Shown here: positions 61,961 to 64,000 of the stretch, piece after piece
Layout of the letters: each line of letters starts with the position of its first letter
How positions within the stretch are numbered: position 1 is the stretch's first letter
DNA from: Camelus dromedarius
Taxonomy: Eukaryota
Direction of reading: 5' to 3'
Length of the DNA: 64,000 nt
Assembly (NCBI RefSeq): GCF_036321535.1
Contig: NC_087436.1
Span: forward strand, 119,352,001 to 119,416,000
Notes under the pieces: generated by a model
Databases searched by the model: none
The model's input: only the letters and a program-made list of their open reading frames with translations
Told to the model about the DNA's origin: nothing
Program-made: the position numbers and the translations under genes

Positions 61961-64000
61961 CCCAAACTTCCATCTTGCCAAAGCCCCACTGTAAGAAGGA
62001 GTGGTGGGCAGCTGCTTATGCCAAGCAATCTTTTTCTAATCCCCATGAAGTATATAATTGTAAGGGGTCCAGACTGAGTGAGGATGCCTGGTGAGTGTCC
62101 ACGCCTCAGTGTCCTCACATGTAAGCGGAGATCACAGCGGGTTGCTTGTGAAGGCGAAACTGCAGCCGCCCAGGCGCTAGGGAGCGGGCCGGTGAGACTC
62201 AGCCCTGCTCTCCTGCAGGCTGCCCCTGGCTTCCTCCTCTCCCCTCCCACCCCTCCACCCAGGGCAGCAAAGCCCTTGCCTCTGTGTCAGGCCCTGCAGA
62301 GGCCTGCACAGCTGGGTGCTGACCATGGTCACATGGCCGGCTCACCCCTACCCTCTCACCCTAACGTGACATCACAGCATCCCTCCCGGTGGGGCCAGCG
62401 CAGCAGCAGAACCCAGTACGCCCACCGGAGCCGAGCCAAGGTGGCAGGACGGCCCTGGCCCTGCGGCAAAGGGGCTCCTGGGGCCTGGCTGCCACTGGTC
62501 TTCCGGGGCGGCGCGGGGGGCAGGCACGCGGCCTACTGCAGCTCAGACACTGGGCCAGCCACTTCATGTCACAGTCCAGGGGACCACTCAGGGCCCCAGA
62601 GCTGGGGAGGCCTGTTTGAGGGGGGAACAAAATAGGCCCTACCCTCTGGCCTGCCACCCCAACAGGCCCTGGCTTCCCAGAGCCCCAGCCTGCAGTCACA
62701 GATGAGGACGTTGGCCCTCAGCTTCCAGACTGAGGAGGGGTAAGCGCACTGGACGCTGAGCCTCTTGAAGCAAGGCGGCCGGCCTGCTAAGAGCGGGGGC
62801 CATTCCTCCCCCTTTCTTCTTATGCACCTGAGAAGGTGCCAAGTGCCTGTGGCCAGTGCTGTGACCCTGAGCCAGTCGCTCTCTTCCTGACTGGAACAAG
62901 GTCACCACTGGGGCCCTCCCAGGGCCAGGCCAGGCCAACTAGGGACAGGCAGGTAGAGTTGCCACCACCGGTCTGAGCGCACCTCGCCCTCCCCTCCCAG
63001 GTGCTTGTCTGTTCCCACGCGGCTCAGTGTCCTGGGGGCCGTGGAGGAGGCCAGGGCAGGCTGCCCACACCAGGGGCCCCTGCTCTGACCCAGCTGCCTC
63101 CACCCCGTGCCCACCCCCCCGGGGCCCTCGCAGCACCCGGGGGTGTCATCCCCGCTCTCTGAAAGCCCGGGAGGCCTGGCCGGGGGCACCGCCAGCCAGC
63201 GAGTGAGGATCTGCTGTCACTCCCAGGTCGGCTGTCCACCTTCACACCCCCAGGCCCTGCCCCTCCCCTATCAGACCGCTGGGCAGAGGGAAGGGCCTGG
63301 GAGGAACCCGAACCAACTACAGGCACACGGGTTCTGGGAGCCTGGCCAGGGGCACCTCCTGGCGTCCTGCTCAAGACACGATTCCTGCTGGTCTCACGTG
63401 TCACCCATGACCACGGCCACCTCCACACCCCGCAAGCCACAAGCCCATGGTCGCAGGAGCCGGCTTCCCCACTGGGCTGCCTGACGTGCTGGGGGCTTGC
63501 CTGTGCTCGGCCTCAGTCCAGTCCGTGGTGATCACAGACCCCGAAACTGCTCAGGGAGGCCAGGGACACTTCCAGGTGACAAACTCACAGTGGCAGACCC
63601 TGGCACTTAGCAATAGCGCTGCACTGTGTTGGTCACCACCCCCTACCCCCCACACTCACCTGTGCCTGTCTCAATGCCCCAGCCTTGGGAGCCTAAATTT
63701 ACCCGGCATTCAGTCCCGCTGCAAACCCCTCCCCCCACCCCAAGTAAGGCCCTACCGGGGCTGCTGGGGGAGCCTGGCCTCTCTTCTAAAAGCAGGTATT
63801 TGTAGGCTCTCAGACGGTCCTTCTGGGCTCCTCACCCCCACCCCCACACCTTCCTCCCACCTGAGCCTCCCCTTCCCGAGCTGGGGAGGAAGTGGAGAGG
63901 CCTGAGACTCTGGGTGATGTCCTCCCACTGAATTCAGGGCCACTCAAAACCTCTTCTCCCAGGCTCCGCAGCATCATGCTGGGAGGGCGCTTTGTAACCT

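Noticed and set aside
60700..64000. Many ORFs and GC-rich sequence downstream of the gene; possible neighbouring gene or CpG-island promoter
   Set aside because: No recognisable protein or exon structure; CpG density looks only moderate and the ORFs are explained by high GC.

Overview
Mammalian genomic DNA, most likely a camelid judging by tRNA-Ala-derived vic-1-like SINEs. The window holds the full coding region of KIAA0232 on the + strand: 8 GT-AG coding exons (7289-7519, 25175-25312, 37684-37750, 38906-38987, 40970-44252, 50529-50637, 55119-55216, 57269-57448) that join in phase to 4188 nt, i.e. 1395 aa plus stop. A 3'UTR of about 2.3 kb ends near an AATAAA at 59701. The promoter and first exon lie upstream of the window. 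Introns are dense with L1, L2, MIR, MLT and hAT-MER elements. Best leads: a tailless 5'-half tRNA-Gly retrocopy with a TSD inside an old L1; ten upstream ATGs ahead of a weak-context start codon; a CCDC43/PWI-like N-terminal module plus an EAFPPL motif; two in-frame candidate cassette exons; inverted L1/SINE pairs around exons; and a possible intronic poly(A) site after the 3.3-kb exon. I found no demonstrable new multi-gene system. Repeat subfamily calls and cross-species comparisons are from recollection and need database confirmation.
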